A stretch of 63,991 nucleotides of DNA, counting the filler, from Ministeria vibrans ATCC 50519 (Eukaryota; Protista; Filasterea), in assembly GCA_943704425.1 (NCBI GenBank). It is 7 parts of 7 records of this genome, joined end to end, with 100 filler letters (N's around TTAATTAATTAA, not from the genome) between each part and the next. Parts side by side here need not be neighbours in the genome. Positions count along the whole stretch, not along the records: positions 24,844 to 35,728 come from CALSCP010000626.1; positions 35,829 to 51,884 come from CALSCP010001062.1; 5 more parts are not named here. One strand, 5' to 3'. Positions 27,988 through 41,598 of the stretch are shown in pieces. The notes under the pieces are model-generated. The model made no database searches and had not been told where the DNA came from. It worked only from the letters and a program-made list of their open reading frames with translations. Position 1 is the first letter of the stretch, and every line of letters starts with the position of its first letter. Both the position numbers and the translations under genes were made by a program.

Positions 27988-28666
27988 TTACTTTCGTTTG
28001 TGGGTGACACGCGCTTGCGAGAGACCCAGACAATTCTGGAGGTGCGGGGCGAAACGAGAGGCGCCGACGAGTTTGGCGCAGTGGGGACACGAGACGGGCT
28101 CGGGGGTGGTGTGGACCGTGCTCTGCCCGAAAACGTCCACATGCTTTGCCGTGGTCGTGCCTGTCGTTGCTACTGTTGAAGAAACCGCCTTTTTCGTCTT
28201 CTTCTGTAGGTATTTGGGCTTCTTTTTCGTGACACCCGCGGCGGGTGGTGTGCCAGGCGTGCGACTGAGCTTGAGTTCCTCGCGTTGCTTTCGCTTTGCA
28301 TGATACGCTCGCGCAGCTTTGGCTGCTGCTGCACCCGCCCCTACTCCCGACACTACCGGGTCCGTTATCCAGCTGTGCATGCGTTCACACCGATGGACCT
28401 GTACACTCAAAACAATATGACGTACAGACTAAGCGTTTTCGTCTCACCTCAAAAATGACGTCCAGAGCCACCTCGTCAACGAGATCCCTGGCGACTGTGT
28501 CCACAAACGCATCTGCTGACGCGGGCGACAGCTGTCGCTTGCCGCGTCCTTGCTGCAGCGACGCAGTCTCTGCCTGAACTTGCGCCATTGCTTCTCGAAA
28601 CCCTTTCTCGTCCGCACCCCATCTCTCCGCTGCCGCGCGCGGGCAATCCGGTGCAGCCTGAGCCAT
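27988..28666 (-). CDS. SGF11: SAGA deubiquitination module subunit Sgf11/ATXN7L3
   Basis: DLVDEVALDVIFE|VHR helix; DVFGQ; zinc finger CPHCAKLVGASRFAPHLQNCLG. Confidence 0.8.
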
Positions 28667-28960
28667 CGCGCCAAATAGCCAAATGCAGCGCGTGAGTTGA
28701 GTTGAAGAAGAAGTAGACACAACTCAACTGATTTGATCGAAAATACATCACAATTGAGTCAATTCACGAGTAGTATCACTCAGTAAAGGTTATAAAATAT
28801 GAAAGGAGTGAGAATTCCGTACTCACGTCTCACTGAGGTCTTAGAAATTAAGATGGTTTGGTTAAGAAGGATAGACGCAATGCCGAATGGGTCAGATTGA
28901 CCCAACGAAGTATGAATAGCAATTTCAATAATAAAATTTTTTTGTCTCTCTCTTTCGAAA

Positions 28961-30258
28961 ATGAACGGCGAAGAGATGTCATCGGGGGACTCTGACGTGG
29001 AATACGGCGAGAGCACGAATGCAGGACAGGCAGCGGCGGCCGCCGCAGCAGCCGCGGCCTCGGCAGCGGCCAACGCGCAAGCATTCGCTGTGCAGGCGCC
29101 AGTCCCAACGCGCGAAGCCGCTCAGCCCAACATGGAGGAGATTGAAGAGTTCTGGCGTCGCTCCCATGCTGAGATATTTTCACCGGTACGCCCTGTGTCG
29201 AGTCATTTCGCGTCATTTCAACGACGAGACACAGAAACGACGAGACGTGTTTCAAACATTTTTTATTTTATTATTTCTTCTTCTTCTTCTCTCTTCCTCA
29301 CCTCTACAGGAGCTCAACGCCCGCGTCAAGCCTGTCTTGCCCTTGACAAGGATAAAGCGCATCATGAAAACGGACGAAGATGTGCAAATGATCAGCGCCG
29401 AGGTAAGGCAAAGAGTGCAGTCACACACTGTGCGTGATTACCGTCTGCCTAGGCACCCGCCTTGTTCGCCAAAGCATGCGAGCTGTTCATCAGCGAGCTC
29501 ACGCTGCGTGCTTGGTGTTTTACGTCCCTACACAAGCGCTGTACCCTCCAGGTGAGCGTGCGCAAAGAAAACGAGCAGAGGCCTACTCTCTTGCCCCTCG
29601 ACCACTGCACTTCAGTGCATTACCAATCGCATTGCATTAATCTATTATTGTTTCAGAAAAACGACATCTCTGCGGCTATGTCTGCTAGTGACACTTTTGA
29701 CTTTCTCATTGACATTGTGCCGCGTGTCGAAGTGGCAGCCACATCACCTGCTACTGCCGCCTCTGCTTCTGCTTCTGCTGCTGCTGCCCCGCCATCCGGC
29801 AGTGCGACAGACGATGCCGATGCTCTTGCTCAGATGCAGGTACAAGACGTATCCATGGGTGTATTAGTAGTGGAACTTTGAATGTGGCCTGACGAGACTG
29901 GCTTCTTCTTTTTAGTACCTCCAAAGCATCCAGATGATGATGTTGCTGCAGCAACAGCAAGTACAAGAAGGAGGAGCCGCCGGCAGTGGTTCCTTCGGCG
30001 GACTTGATATGAGCGATCCAGCACAGGTTGCACTGCTCATGCAAGCTATGCAACATCAGCAACAGGACACTGCGGCTGCCACCACCACAACCGCTACTGC
30101 AACAGCGACAGAGTCTGCTCCCACCGACCCAATGGTCCTTATGCAACTCCTCCTTCTTCAACAACAACAACAGCAGCAGCAGCAACTTGACCCATCTCAC
30201 TTGGATGCCGCTTCCGCTGCACTCCTCATACAACAACAGCAACAACAACAACAACAGC

Positions 30259-30316
<58 letters not shown>

Positions 30317-30690
30317 GTTGTTACCACCAGAGCAGCCCAACGCAACTGATTACGTTCGTATCGTGACGAGAAACTCATTCGTCAATACTGAAATCATTCT
30401 GCTCTCTATCTCTTCGTATTTTTTCTTTCTCTGCTTCGCAGTATACACAGTTGATGATGTTTCAACATCAACAACAGCAGCAGCAACAACAACTAGGCGC
30501 ACCTGTACCCACAGAGGAAGAGCAAGAACAATTGCGAGTGGCCATGTGGGCGCTCGCGCAACAGCAGTGTCTGCAACAACAACAACAGCAGCAGCAGGGA
30601 GAGGGCAATCCTGGTCAGATGGGGTATGATGATGGGGAGGAGGAGGACGACGACGACGACGATGACGGTGGTGGTGACGAGTACCAGTGA
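28961..30690 (+). CDS. NFYC: CCAAT-binding factor subunit NF-YC/Hap5 with Gln-rich tail
   Basis: Histone fold [22 protein letters not shown]|[21 protein letters not shown]...KRCTLQ|KNDI...[10 protein letters not shown]; polyQ tracts. Confidence 0.9.
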
Positions 30691-30750
30691 GCCGTTCTCC
30701 GTACCCACACACGTTTTGTATTGTATTCTGTGTAAGCTTCTTGTTTTCTT

Positions 30751-33380
30751 TCATTTTTTTGTGATGTTGAGCGGTGCAAATCGCGAGCTGGTGCCCTTTG
30801 GCCGAACGACGCCCGTCGCCTTTTTGGCCTGCATCACACGGACGGGCGGAGCGGGCAAGCGCGTGTTCAGCGGCTGCTTACCGGCACTCTTGGTGAGGGC
30901 AGTAGACTGCTTTGGTGATGGGAATGTTGCAGGAGAGGAGAAGGTTGAAGAAGTTGCAGGAGGAGAAGGAGAGGGTGGTGGAGAGTCAGGGGACAACGTC
31001 GTCGATGACGACGCGGGCTGCGGGACTTTGGTCGGTTTCTCCGACGGCTCATCTCCCTTTTTTGATTTGCGTCCTCCTCGGGGTTGTTTGGTGTCGGTTG
31101 TCTGCAGTGCTCGGCGCTTGCATGTGCTGACAAGGACACTCAACAGATGGTTTCCCGTCTCAAATGGCTCATAGTGATCGTCGTGTTCCAACTAGTAATA
31201 TGAAAATAATTAATAGTCGTGACGTTATTGAGTTTTCATCACGTCATCTTACACTCTCAAGACTTTCGACCACATCGGGACGACAGTTTCCTGCGCCTGC
31301 TTCAACACCATCGGAATAGTCTTCGGGAAGGAGCATTTCACGAGATGCAATTGCCTGCAGGAAATATTAGTATTATTATTGTTTTTTAATAACTCTGGTT
31401 TTCGTACTTTGAGAAGCATTGTGTTCGCTTGAGATGCAACAAGCACATAGTAGGCATAAAGTTGAGCGCTATTATCACTGAGCGACGACACGGATGAGAG
31501 GAGCAACGCTGCGTCTTTGCTCAGCAAATTGTTCCGCACTGCAAAGTACGCGTCGACATTCGCCTCGCTCTCCTCCTAGGAAAATACTCCTCTTCTGTCA
31601 ACTGTCTGTTTTATAATAATATTTTTACGTATTATTATTATTGTATTAGTATCATTAATCGTACCGTTGATAGCGACCAGGCAGTTGTGGGTCGGATTAA
31701 AATGGGGTCCCCAAATATGAGTGAATCACAAACTCCTGTCTGGCGGACAAGGTGCAGAGCATTCAGCTCGAACACACTCTGGCGTTCCTCCATTGCCTTT
31801 TTAGACGCCGCTTTGTGTTTCGACATAGGCATTTCGCTAAGCATCGATTCTCCCGCCAATAACTGCACGAAAACAATTCAAGTATTGGTACACGTCGGTT
31901 TAGTTTAGTTTTGCCTTAATGATTATTTTTAATACGTCATGTTGAACGAGACCGACAGCGGACAAGGGCATCAGACGCGAGAGCACGTCGCATTTGATGC
32001 AAACGGGCTGGCTATTGAGCGAGCTTGTCTGTGGAAGCAAAATGTGAATGCGTTCTTGGTCGGGAGCGGTGTGTCGCCAGAGCATCGAGTAGAGTAAAGT
32101 CTCAAGGGCCCGAGGATCGTGTGGTATAGCAGGCAAGCGGTGGAGGTGAAAGGAGACGCGTAGACTCTCACTTGATGCGCCAATGGCAACTTCAGCGCTA
32201 CTCCGACGATCACTAGTGTGTGATGGCGCAACGGCTTGGTGCTGTAGCGAAGCAACCGAGTCAAGACTGCACTGATTACTGTCCTGACTGTCGGGACAGA
32301 CGTCTGGGTCCGCCTCGGCGTCGCTAGCCTGTTCGGGCACTATGGAATCGCTGTTGTCGTTACATGCGACTGGCACCTCGCCTCCGCCAACATAGACAAC
32401 ACTAAAGTCCACGCTGACCAGACCTCGCTTGGCGAGACCAGGCAAACGCTGAAGCTCAGTGCGAATGAGACGCACTAGAGAATCGACACGGCGATCGCGC
32501 GTCAGCACAATGACCTGCTCGGGTGCCGAGCTCAACACGGGCTGCTCTCGAGACGCGCTGAAATTGCTTGTTGTTGTCGAGCTTTTCTGAAGGAGATGGT
32601 GTTGGTGTTGATGTTGTTGCTTGGTCGTGGAAGAGGCGGAAGCGCTCGCACCGCCACGGAATGTGCGCAGTTGCTCTGCAATTGTTTCGAGAAACGCCTG
32701 TGCTTGAAACGTGTTCGTGCCGTCACGCTTGCCCTTGCGTGTAGCACCAGACTCATCACCACCACCACCATCATCACCATCATCATCATCATCGTCGTCG
32801 TCGTCGTCGTCGTCGTCATCGTCGTCGGAGAACTCAAAGAGTTTTGCGGTCTTGGAAGTGCTTGGAGCGGACGCGTTCGATTCGCGTTGAGTCGCTTGCG
32901 TCGACGACGCGATCGACTGCGTCGCTGCCGCCTTTCCTGTCAGACTGCAACAGCGAGAAATTGCTCGTTCAAGCAGAGTCCAGTCTACTCCGCCATTGGT
33001 AGTCAGAGCTTGAGCGCGACGTGGAAGTGAAACTTGAAACTGTTGAAAGAGAAAAGTTGAAATGGTCAGAAAAACGGCGGGAAATCACTCCTTTTGTCTT
33101 TTTCTCAGTAGTTATGTATGTTTGCGCTGATAATTCTCACAATCGTCACGTCTATAAATACCTGGCATGTTGTTTCGTCAAAGCGGCCGACTGCAATTCG
33201 AATGGACGTGCTCAAGTCGACGTGCGAACGCACCAAAGCCGAAATGCCGGTCAACGATGCCTTCACCATCAAGGCCACGTCGCGCTGAAGTCCACGTTGA
33301 GTCTGATCATGGTCACATCCCGACGTGAATGTGCGACAGTCGACAACGAACAGAATGCCGTGCGGAGGGCGTTGTTTCAT
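30751..33380 (-). CDS. M1AP: Meiosis 1 arrest protein-like
   Basis: Spliced blocks DQERIHILL...VCIKCDVLSRLM, GVCDSLIFGDPILIRPTTAW, YYVLVASQANTMLLK|AIASREMLLP and YEPFETGNHLLSVL occur in the same order as recalled animal M1AP blocks. Confidence 0.75.
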
Positions 33381-33664
33381 TTGAGACGCACACAAAAAAA
33401 AAATAGTGAAAAAAATGAGCGTTCCTCAGCAGATCTTAGTTCGATGGACATTAATGATCACGGCTAAATGATTTCTCTGTCTGAGTATGACTGGGTCAGT
33501 CAGACCGTCATTCAGACGTGTCATGTGATAGTTGAGACGATACACGCCACTCACATCAGACATAGAGAGTAACTGAGGGTGAGACTCTACTCGTCATACG
33601 ACTCATCTCTCATCACAGATGTGCGATCAGGGATGGCGAAACTTACTTTTTTTTTTCTTCAAAT

Positions 33665-35141
33665 ATGCATTTGTTTTGTCCACCACTCAAGCAAACGTAC
33701 AAGGTATACGTAATACGTTGTCATGTCACTGAGACACTTGACCCAAAAAAGAAAAAAAAAAAAAAGTACTAACGTCTCTTCTCACCAGGTCGACTTTGGG
33801 CACTCTCTGGAAAAGGCGTATGAGTCGAAGGAGACCAAGGCCTTGCTTGTGGAGATGACGGCCGCTCGGCTGCACCTGCTTGGCATCTTTTCCAATCGGG
33901 ATTCTCCCGAAGAATCCTTTGACGAGGCGGCGTCGACATACATTTCTTTCCTGCGAGGCTTCACTGACGACACCCTTCCAACGCCACCCACCGGGGGTGC
34001 CTCTGCAGCCCCGTTGGACACCCCTACGGACGACGTAGTGACAGAGACTGCGCCAACAGCGACTCCACCAGCTCCGCGCAATCCGTAAGTTCACCCAGTC
34101 TCTCTCTTTCTCTTTCTATCTTCTTTTTTTTTTCTCACTCATTGATTGATTTTTCTCTCCAGCCTTCGACGCACAGTACAGTACGAGTGGACCAACACCA
34201 TTGGCACGAAGAAGTTGTCGACGGAGGTGGACGCGCAATTTGAGATGGTGTGTATGCTGGAGGACATCGCGCTGTGGTACACCAAAAAGGCATTGCTGTT
34301 GGCGGGTCGCTCGACGGCCACCGACGACGAGTATCGTGATGCATATGTTCTGATGCGTAAGTCGGCAGGCATTCTGGAGCACGTTGAAGGGGTGGAAGTG
34401 ACGCGGCTGGCAGTTTCAACGGAGTCGAACGATGCCAATCCGACAGCCGTTAACACGTACAAGGCGCATGTGCTGGCCGAGGCACAAGAGATCACCATTC
34501 TACAGGCAGTGCGTCGTCAACACAAACCTGCACTCATTTCAGCGTTGTGTCGCGACACAAGCGAGAAGTATGGGCGTGCGGCGACGCAGGCCGAGACGTT
34601 GCGCCAGCTCGAGCACGCCGACAAGTGGCTGCTGTACTTGCGCTGGAAAGAGGCCATCTACCTCGCGACGGCACACTACTACAATGCGCTGACACTCTTT
34701 GCCGAAGACAAGTGCGGCGACTCGCTTGCAGGCCTGCGCCAGGCGACCACTCTTGTGGAGAGCACCAAGGATCTCATCAAAAAGTACCTCAAGTCACCGC
34801 CGGCGTTGCCTCAGGTCAAGAAAGTGGACGACATTGCGCAAGTGTCTGATCTGGAACGTCTCATTGCGCGTCACTCCGACAAGGCCAAGCACGAGAACTC
34901 ATTTATCTACTACCAAAAGGTGCCCGAGACCGCGCCCGAGCTGCCGGCCGCGCAGGCTCTGGTCCAACCCATCGCGTACACTCTGCCCCCCCGACACGCA
35001 CAGTGGACCCCCAGCGTGTTTGCCTCCTTCGACACCGCTCATCTCGTCGAGCCCACCGTGCCCTCGGATGCCGCTCAGACAGTTGCCAAGTCGGCCGGCC
35101 AAATCAAAGATAAAGGCGACTCCTCATGCACCATTCTCTGA
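33665..35141 (+). CDS. BROX: BRO1-domain protein with C-terminal CAAX box
   Basis: PLKQT, YISFLRGF, YEWTNTI...DAQFE, KSAGILEH, LAEAQEITI, ENSFIYYQKVP; ends CTIL*. Confidence 0.85.
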
Positions 35142-35311
35142 GAATGAAACTCTTCTTTTTTTTTCATTGTTGTGGTGCATTTTACAAATCGAGTCCTTCG
35201 TTCTCTTTCTATCACTTTGTTTCTCTTGTTTCTCCCTCATCATTTCTCCAATCTCTCTATCACTTTGCTTCTCTTTCTCTCTCTCTTTCCTTCTTTCTCC
35301 GCTTTGCTTTG

Positions 35312-35483
35312 TTATTCTCCAAAAATTTTGCGACGCTCACCACCCAACACCTTTCGTACACGCGACAGTGCCTCTGCAGCACCTGGCGAGTCACTTGCCT
35401 GGCTCGTCTCCACCGTGTACGGCGGCTTGATCATTACGATGTCCAGCACGATGATGTTTTGTTCGTGCCATCGACACGGTAAC
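35312..35483 (-). CDS. LSM12: Last exon of LSM12 (anticodon-binding domain); remainder lost in gap
   Basis: Not in the ORF track. CAG acceptor then LPCRWHEQNIIVLDIVMIKPPYTVE...ALSRVRKVLGGERRKIFGE*, matching the CxW..NIxV....I.PPY..E...ALxxVRK pattern. Confidence 0.75.
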
Positions 35484-35520
35484 CTGTGTCAGAATGGTAG
35501 AGAGTAAGTATGGGGGCGAA

Positions 35521-35538
35521 GGAACACAGTTGTAGCGA

Positions 35539-35621
<83 letters not shown>

Positions 35622-35648
35622 TAAGAATAAGAATAAGAATAAGAATAA

Positions 35649-35728
<80 letters not shown>

Positions 35729-35828
35729 NNNNNNNNNNNNNNNNNNNNNNNNNNNNNNNNNNNNNNNNNNNNTTAATTAATTAANNNNNNNNNNNNNNNN
35801 NNNNNNNNNNNNNNNNNNNNNNNNNNNN

Positions 35829-35912
<84 letters not shown>
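35521..35912. repeat. (AAT)n / (AATAAG)n and (TC)n microsatellites flanking a gap
   Basis: Direct read. Confidence 0.95.
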
Positions 35913-35915
<3 letters not shown>

Positions 35916-36777
35916 AACTCTCTCTCTCTCTCTCTCTTGAACTCTCTCTGTGTGTGTGTGTGTTTTTTTTTTCGTTGTCGAAAAAATTGCAAAGGTCTTC
36001 TTATTTATTCAGTCCCTTCAATACGCTGCTTTCCGCATACTTCTGTCCTCCATTTTACCTGCACATGGATACCAGCCACCCCTGATGCCCAAGGCAGTGC
36101 CGCCAAGGTCTCCTTCATCCGCCCATGGCAATTCTGTATCTTTTCCTTTTCTACCCTCCTCCTCCCGCAACGCCACTCTCCTGCAGCCCCACACACCCCG
36201 CACTGGCACACATACGTGTAGTGGTAGCTCCTCCTCTCCTTGTCGAACGCATTCTCTCTCTCTCTCTGTCATCTCAATGTCTCTTTTTTTTTGATGACAC
36301 ATCAAGAATTGTTCTGAATTGTTATCAGTGTAATGAGACACGACAGCACTTTGCGATGGCTTCATTCAAGCCCTTTGACTGCTCCTTCCTCCCTCTCTCT
36401 TTCTTGAGTCCTACGAGTGAGTGTTTTTGCGTGTTGGATTATTAGTGTTTTTGTTCATTGTCGAAAATATTATTATGTCTCTTTTTCAGACACAGTGCGT
36501 CTCTTTTCCGCCTATTTTGAGTGTGGCGTTGAATATTAACTGATTTCCCGATGGGTCTTTGTTCTTGAACGAAACGCAGAGTATTATGCTTTTAATTTTT
36601 TTTGTATTGTCATTGTTATTAGTAATAATAATAATAATAAGACGTTATTATTATTATTTTCTCTTTTTGTTTGGCTCTCGCTGGTTACCGCGCGAATGTG
36701 CCTTCAGTGAACAATATGATTGCGTTCGCTGCATTTTTTTTTTTGTCTTATGGTTTTTTTTCTTCTTTGTGCCATAG

Positions 36778-38607
36778 TGTCAAATTGTTGTGAACGGCGA
36801 GGTCGTGTTTGAAGTCGTGCGCATGTCTCGCTGGCGTGTCAAGGCATTGCTAGGAATCCCAGAGTTCAAACGCGACATCAAAAATTTTCTTTGTCGTGTC
36901 AACGAATGTTCCTTTCGCACAGACAGGTAAACACAACAAAAAAAACGTCTTAAACTTAATAATAATTATTATTACATTGTGTTGCTCTTTGTTTTGTATG
37001 TTTTGTTTTGTATGTCTTGTTTTGACATTGAGTACAGCTCTCTATTAAATTATTATTATTAATTATTACTATTGTTTCGTTTTATTAGACCTCAACCTGC
37101 TGTGGAACACTTTCAGACGGCTCATGGTTGGTTAAGGACATGCTGTGACAACGCAGATCTCGTTGAGTGCACCCTATGCCTCAGACGCGTCAAAAGCAAA
37201 GAGTACGCTAAGTGTCTAAAACACTTTCAAAAATATCACAGCGCTGGGCCTTTGCCTGTGTCCGACTCGGACACACGCAAGGGCCCAGCGGATCCCCGCG
37301 ACTGGCGCATTCCCGATGGGACACGAATTGTGTGCTCAGATAGCAAACCCAAAGGTGCCGGACGCCCCTCACTCTTCAAAAGTCAACAGCAACGCAAAAG
37401 TCCATCATCCCGCAGTTCGCCACGGACTGCCAAGTCCACGCGTCAAAGCAACAGCACTCCACCCCCCTATTCACCTGACCCCTTGCTCCCAAGCCAAAAC
37501 TCGTCTGCACTTGATCACCTCAGCACCATTGCTATGCGCCAACCGTCCCTCCCCATTCCCGGAAGAACAGCAGCAACAACCGCTAAAACAGCTGCGACAG
37601 CTGCGACATCACCAACCTCTTTACTGACGTCGTCGCAGTCTCCCGTCTACATCCGACAACCATGCAGAGACGCTGCTGCCCCTATGGCCAGGGGCTACTG
37701 CCAACCGAATTGTGCGCCACATTTAGGAGCAGCTGCAGCTGAACAGGATCTCCCTCCGTTCCCCGTTGCAACCCCTTCCTCCCTCTCCTACTCTCTTTTA
37801 CAATTGTACAACTCCACCGCATCTACAAGCACAACCCTGTCAACGATCCCTGCTTTAAACGGTTTGAATATCGGCCGTGTTGGTCCCACTCGCTCTGACT
37901 CAACCGACACCGATGAAGACTCAACAACCACCACGGAAAACTATAATGTTGCACACCACGATCGCCGCTACTCTTCCTCTCCCACTCGATATGCGATCAA
38001 GAAAGAACGAGAGGACGAAGACGAAGACGAAGACGAAGACGAAGACGAAGACGAAGACGAAGACGAAGACGAAGACGAAGACGAAGACGAAGACGAAGAC
38101 ACTGTGAGTTCTGTACGCAAGAAACGTCGTCGCTCTGCCACAACACAATTCTGTCGCGCCATCGATACCACCACCGCCACCACTACGACTATTAATACTA
38201 CTACGACCACTACGATGACTGACGCTGGATCACAGTGTGTGTTACGATCTCCCAACGCCAAACGCTCACGCGTCTCCTCTTCGTCCTCCTCTTCACATTC
38301 GATAGTGGCTACTGCTTCTACCGTCAATCCCTCTGAGTTCATACAGCAACCTGCTGTGGAGAGGAAAGTACCGGCTGGCTGTGAGGATGTAGGTGTCTCG
38401 GATGCGTATAAGACAAATGACTCCTCACCAGTACTACACTCCGATGCTGAGGTTGTGGGCCTGGTTTTCGAAAACATTCCTCTTGAGGAAACTCTTGATT
38501 TCCAGTTCGCCATGGAGATTTATTTCGCAGACCTTCTAGACGGAGAAGACAATTCTAACCCTGATTCGCTAAATCCTTCGCTGTATCTTTCCAAACCCTG
38601 TAATTAA
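36778..38607 (+). CDS. Putative C2H2 zinc-finger protein with long disordered/acidic region; start exon uncertain
   Basis: Splicing across the intron at about 36926-37089 yields FLCRVNECSFRTDRPQPAVEHFQTAH (C-x4-C-x12-H-x4-H); second CTLC...HFQKYH; (ED)n tract; basic RKKRRR. Confidence 0.5.
38014..38100 (+). repeat. Coding (GACGAA)n hexamer repeat encoding poly-(Asp-Glu)
   Basis: Direct read. Confidence 0.9.
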
Positions 38608-39466
38608 TTGTTGTGTATTAGTTTCTGTGATTGCATACAAATTACCTTTTTGTTTTCGCTGGCAATTCAGAGTCAAAACCAACAAACTGTCATAGCTTTG
38701 CTCTCTTTTTTTTTTAATCGTGCGGTTGTTAGACTTAATGCATTCTTTTCCTTTGCAAAGACAGATTGTCGACATTGCAAAGTTGTGTCTTTGACACTGA
38801 ACCATTCACGGTTAGAGAGTGCAAACACGAAAACTAAAACGCACAAGGACACACATCCTCCATGAATAGCACACACAATTCATACGGAGCTCACGCCAAG
38901 GATGATACTGCTGGAAATGTGCCTCCATCCGCTCAGACTCGAATCCTCTTTCTGTACCCACAACAACATCTTCTTCACTCTTCCTTTGAACTTCCTATTC
39001 CCCCATGCAACTCAAACCTTTATCTTGATGTTATTCCGTCTCATAGTCCCCGTGCACACACCAGTTACGTCGCATCGCCAGCAAGGGACTTGCTGAGCTA
39101 CTTTATTCCACTCAGGGGGTAACTATGAAAGCATTATTCGTCGCTCTCCTCCTTCCTTTAACAACGTGACTGAAGCGGTGAGTCAGTCAGGAGAACGAGA
39201 AACGTATTGATCATGGCTCTAACGAGTTCTATCGGTAGCACAGCGTTGCATAAATCATGGACATCCAACAATCCCGTCAACCAAACCCACGGACTGCCGT
39301 CAGCGATGCGGATGTGAAAGGCAGCAAACAAAATAATATTAGTAATAATAATTATTATAATAATAAAAGAATAGAAGAAGAAGATAGTCATAACAAGATT
39401 CTTAAATTTTTGCGGTAAAATAAATTAGTATAAACTAAATTTTTCAAATTTAATCATTTGTCTTAG

Positions 39467-40184
39467 ATGCTCTCTATGCGCACCATGCGACCATGCGCAG
39501 TGGCATTCATTCTGGCATGCGTGGCTTCTGCTGCGAACGCACACTATTCTGTGTCTGCGGCGACGCTTGGCCGACGCTTTGATGGCGTCGGTGGCCTTAG
39601 TGGGGGTGGCGCAACATCTCGCTTGCTTCCGACATATCAAGAGAAGACGGTGAGTGTCCGCTACACTAAAAAAAATCGCTTTTGTTTACACTTTTCGACT
39701 TTTCTCTCATTCTCTCTCTTGCTTTCTCTCTCTCTCTCTCGTTTCACAGCGCAATCAAATCCTCGACTACCTATTCAAGCCCAACTTTGGCGCTAGCCTC
39801 ACGATGCTGAAGGTTGAAATTGGAGGGGACGCGCAAAGTAGGACGGAAGAAAGCGAAAAAACGGTCGAATTGACAAATAGTGTGTGCTTAGGTACTGATG
39901 GAGGCGAATCCTCACACATGCACTCGAAGGACGACCTCAACTACCAGCGTGGATGTGAGTGTGTTGCGTGCTGTGCATTGCGCTGTGCTTACGTTTCCTC
40001 GTAGATGAGTGGTGGCTCATGACAGAGGCGAAGAAGCGCAACCCAAACATTGCGCTCTATGCGCTTCCCTGGACATTCCCCGGCTGGGTTGGCAACGGCA
40101 CTGGTACCCACACACACACACACTATGATCATATTCCTTTTGGCGCCTTCAAGTGGCGGAATTGCTAATTTTCTTTCTATGTGT

Positions 40185-40218
<34 letters not shown>

Positions 40219-41551
40219 TGTGTGGAACACACGAAAGGCAATCCCTATGCGTATCCGGAACTCACCGCAGACTACATTGTGAAGTATGTCGCAGGCGCAA
40301 AGTCAGCCTACGACCTCACGATTGACTATGTACGGTGCCATCAACCACACTGAAAAAAAAAACACGCTTGCTCACAGATGAACGAAACGCGCTGTTAGGT
40401 GGGCTGTTGGAACGAACGCAACTACGACAGTAACTACCTGAAGACGCTGCGACGGGCACTCACCGACAACGGATTCAACTCGACCAAGATTGTTGCAGCC
40501 GACCAGAACTGGAACATTGCCAAGGATATGTTGAGTGACCCGGAGCTGTTTAAGGTGGTGGATGTCATTGGAGCGCACTATCCAGGTATGTCCGTGTGCT
40601 ATTAGTAGGGATAAGTGGGAGTCGTTGTATGTGGCAGAGCGGTTCTAATTTAGTGATTTTTGTAGGCACTACTTCGAGTCCGGAAGCTCTAAAGACAGGA
40701 AAGAAACTCTGGGCGAGTGAGGTGAGCTCAACTACGAGTGCTTGCTCCCGTTTTTGTTTTCATTTTTTTTTGTATCACTTTGTGTTCTTCTCCCTTTTTA
40801 TCTGTTTCTCTTCGTGACTTTACACTACATTGTTTATTCAACCTCTCTCGAAACGTCACGAGGGGTCTCATATTATAACCATTCTTCATTTTGTGTTCCC
40901 CACGTAGGACTATTCGACGGTCAACAACAATATCGGCGCTGGCTGTTGGGCGCGCATTTTGAACCAGAATTACGTCAACGGAGCCATGACTAATACGATC
41001 AGCTGGAACCTCATTGCGGCATATTACCCGCAGTTGCCGTTTGGTTGGGATGGTCTCATGACGGCAGTGGAACCCTGGAGCGGAAATTATGTTGTGAACG
41101 CGCCCATTTGGGGCACCGCGCATACAACGCAGTTTGTGAGTGCCCACACTGAATCGTACTATTTGCCGGTGGGCAGTGGAAGCGGAAAACTGGATCAGGG
41201 CGGAAGCTTTGTGTCGTTTGTGACACACACTCAAGATCAGATGGAGTATACGCTTGTCATTGAGAAGATGTCGCACGACCATTCGCAGTGCATTCGGCCC
41301 TACCTTCCCCCTTACTCCACTGCCAATGAGACAGCCCAGTTTGTGTTTGAGGGACAGCTGAAGGAACAGCTCTCAGTGTTGTTTGTCTGGCGCACTTGTC
41401 TGCAATTTGGTGCTGAAAAACAGGACGAAAATGAGATTTTCCGTCGAATGGGAACTGTCCCAGTCTCAAATGGAATCCTCACCTTTTCTATTGATGGTAT
41501 CAGCACAGAGAGGCAGAGAGAACAAAACTGATAATGTCCTTTGTTTGTTCG

Positions 41552-41598
<47 letters not shown>

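Noticed and set aside
38880-39120. Minus-strand HFQQYHPW segment resembling the neighbouring zinc-finger HFQKYH
   Set aside because: Frames interrupted by stops and no consistent splice model; too short to call a pseudogene.
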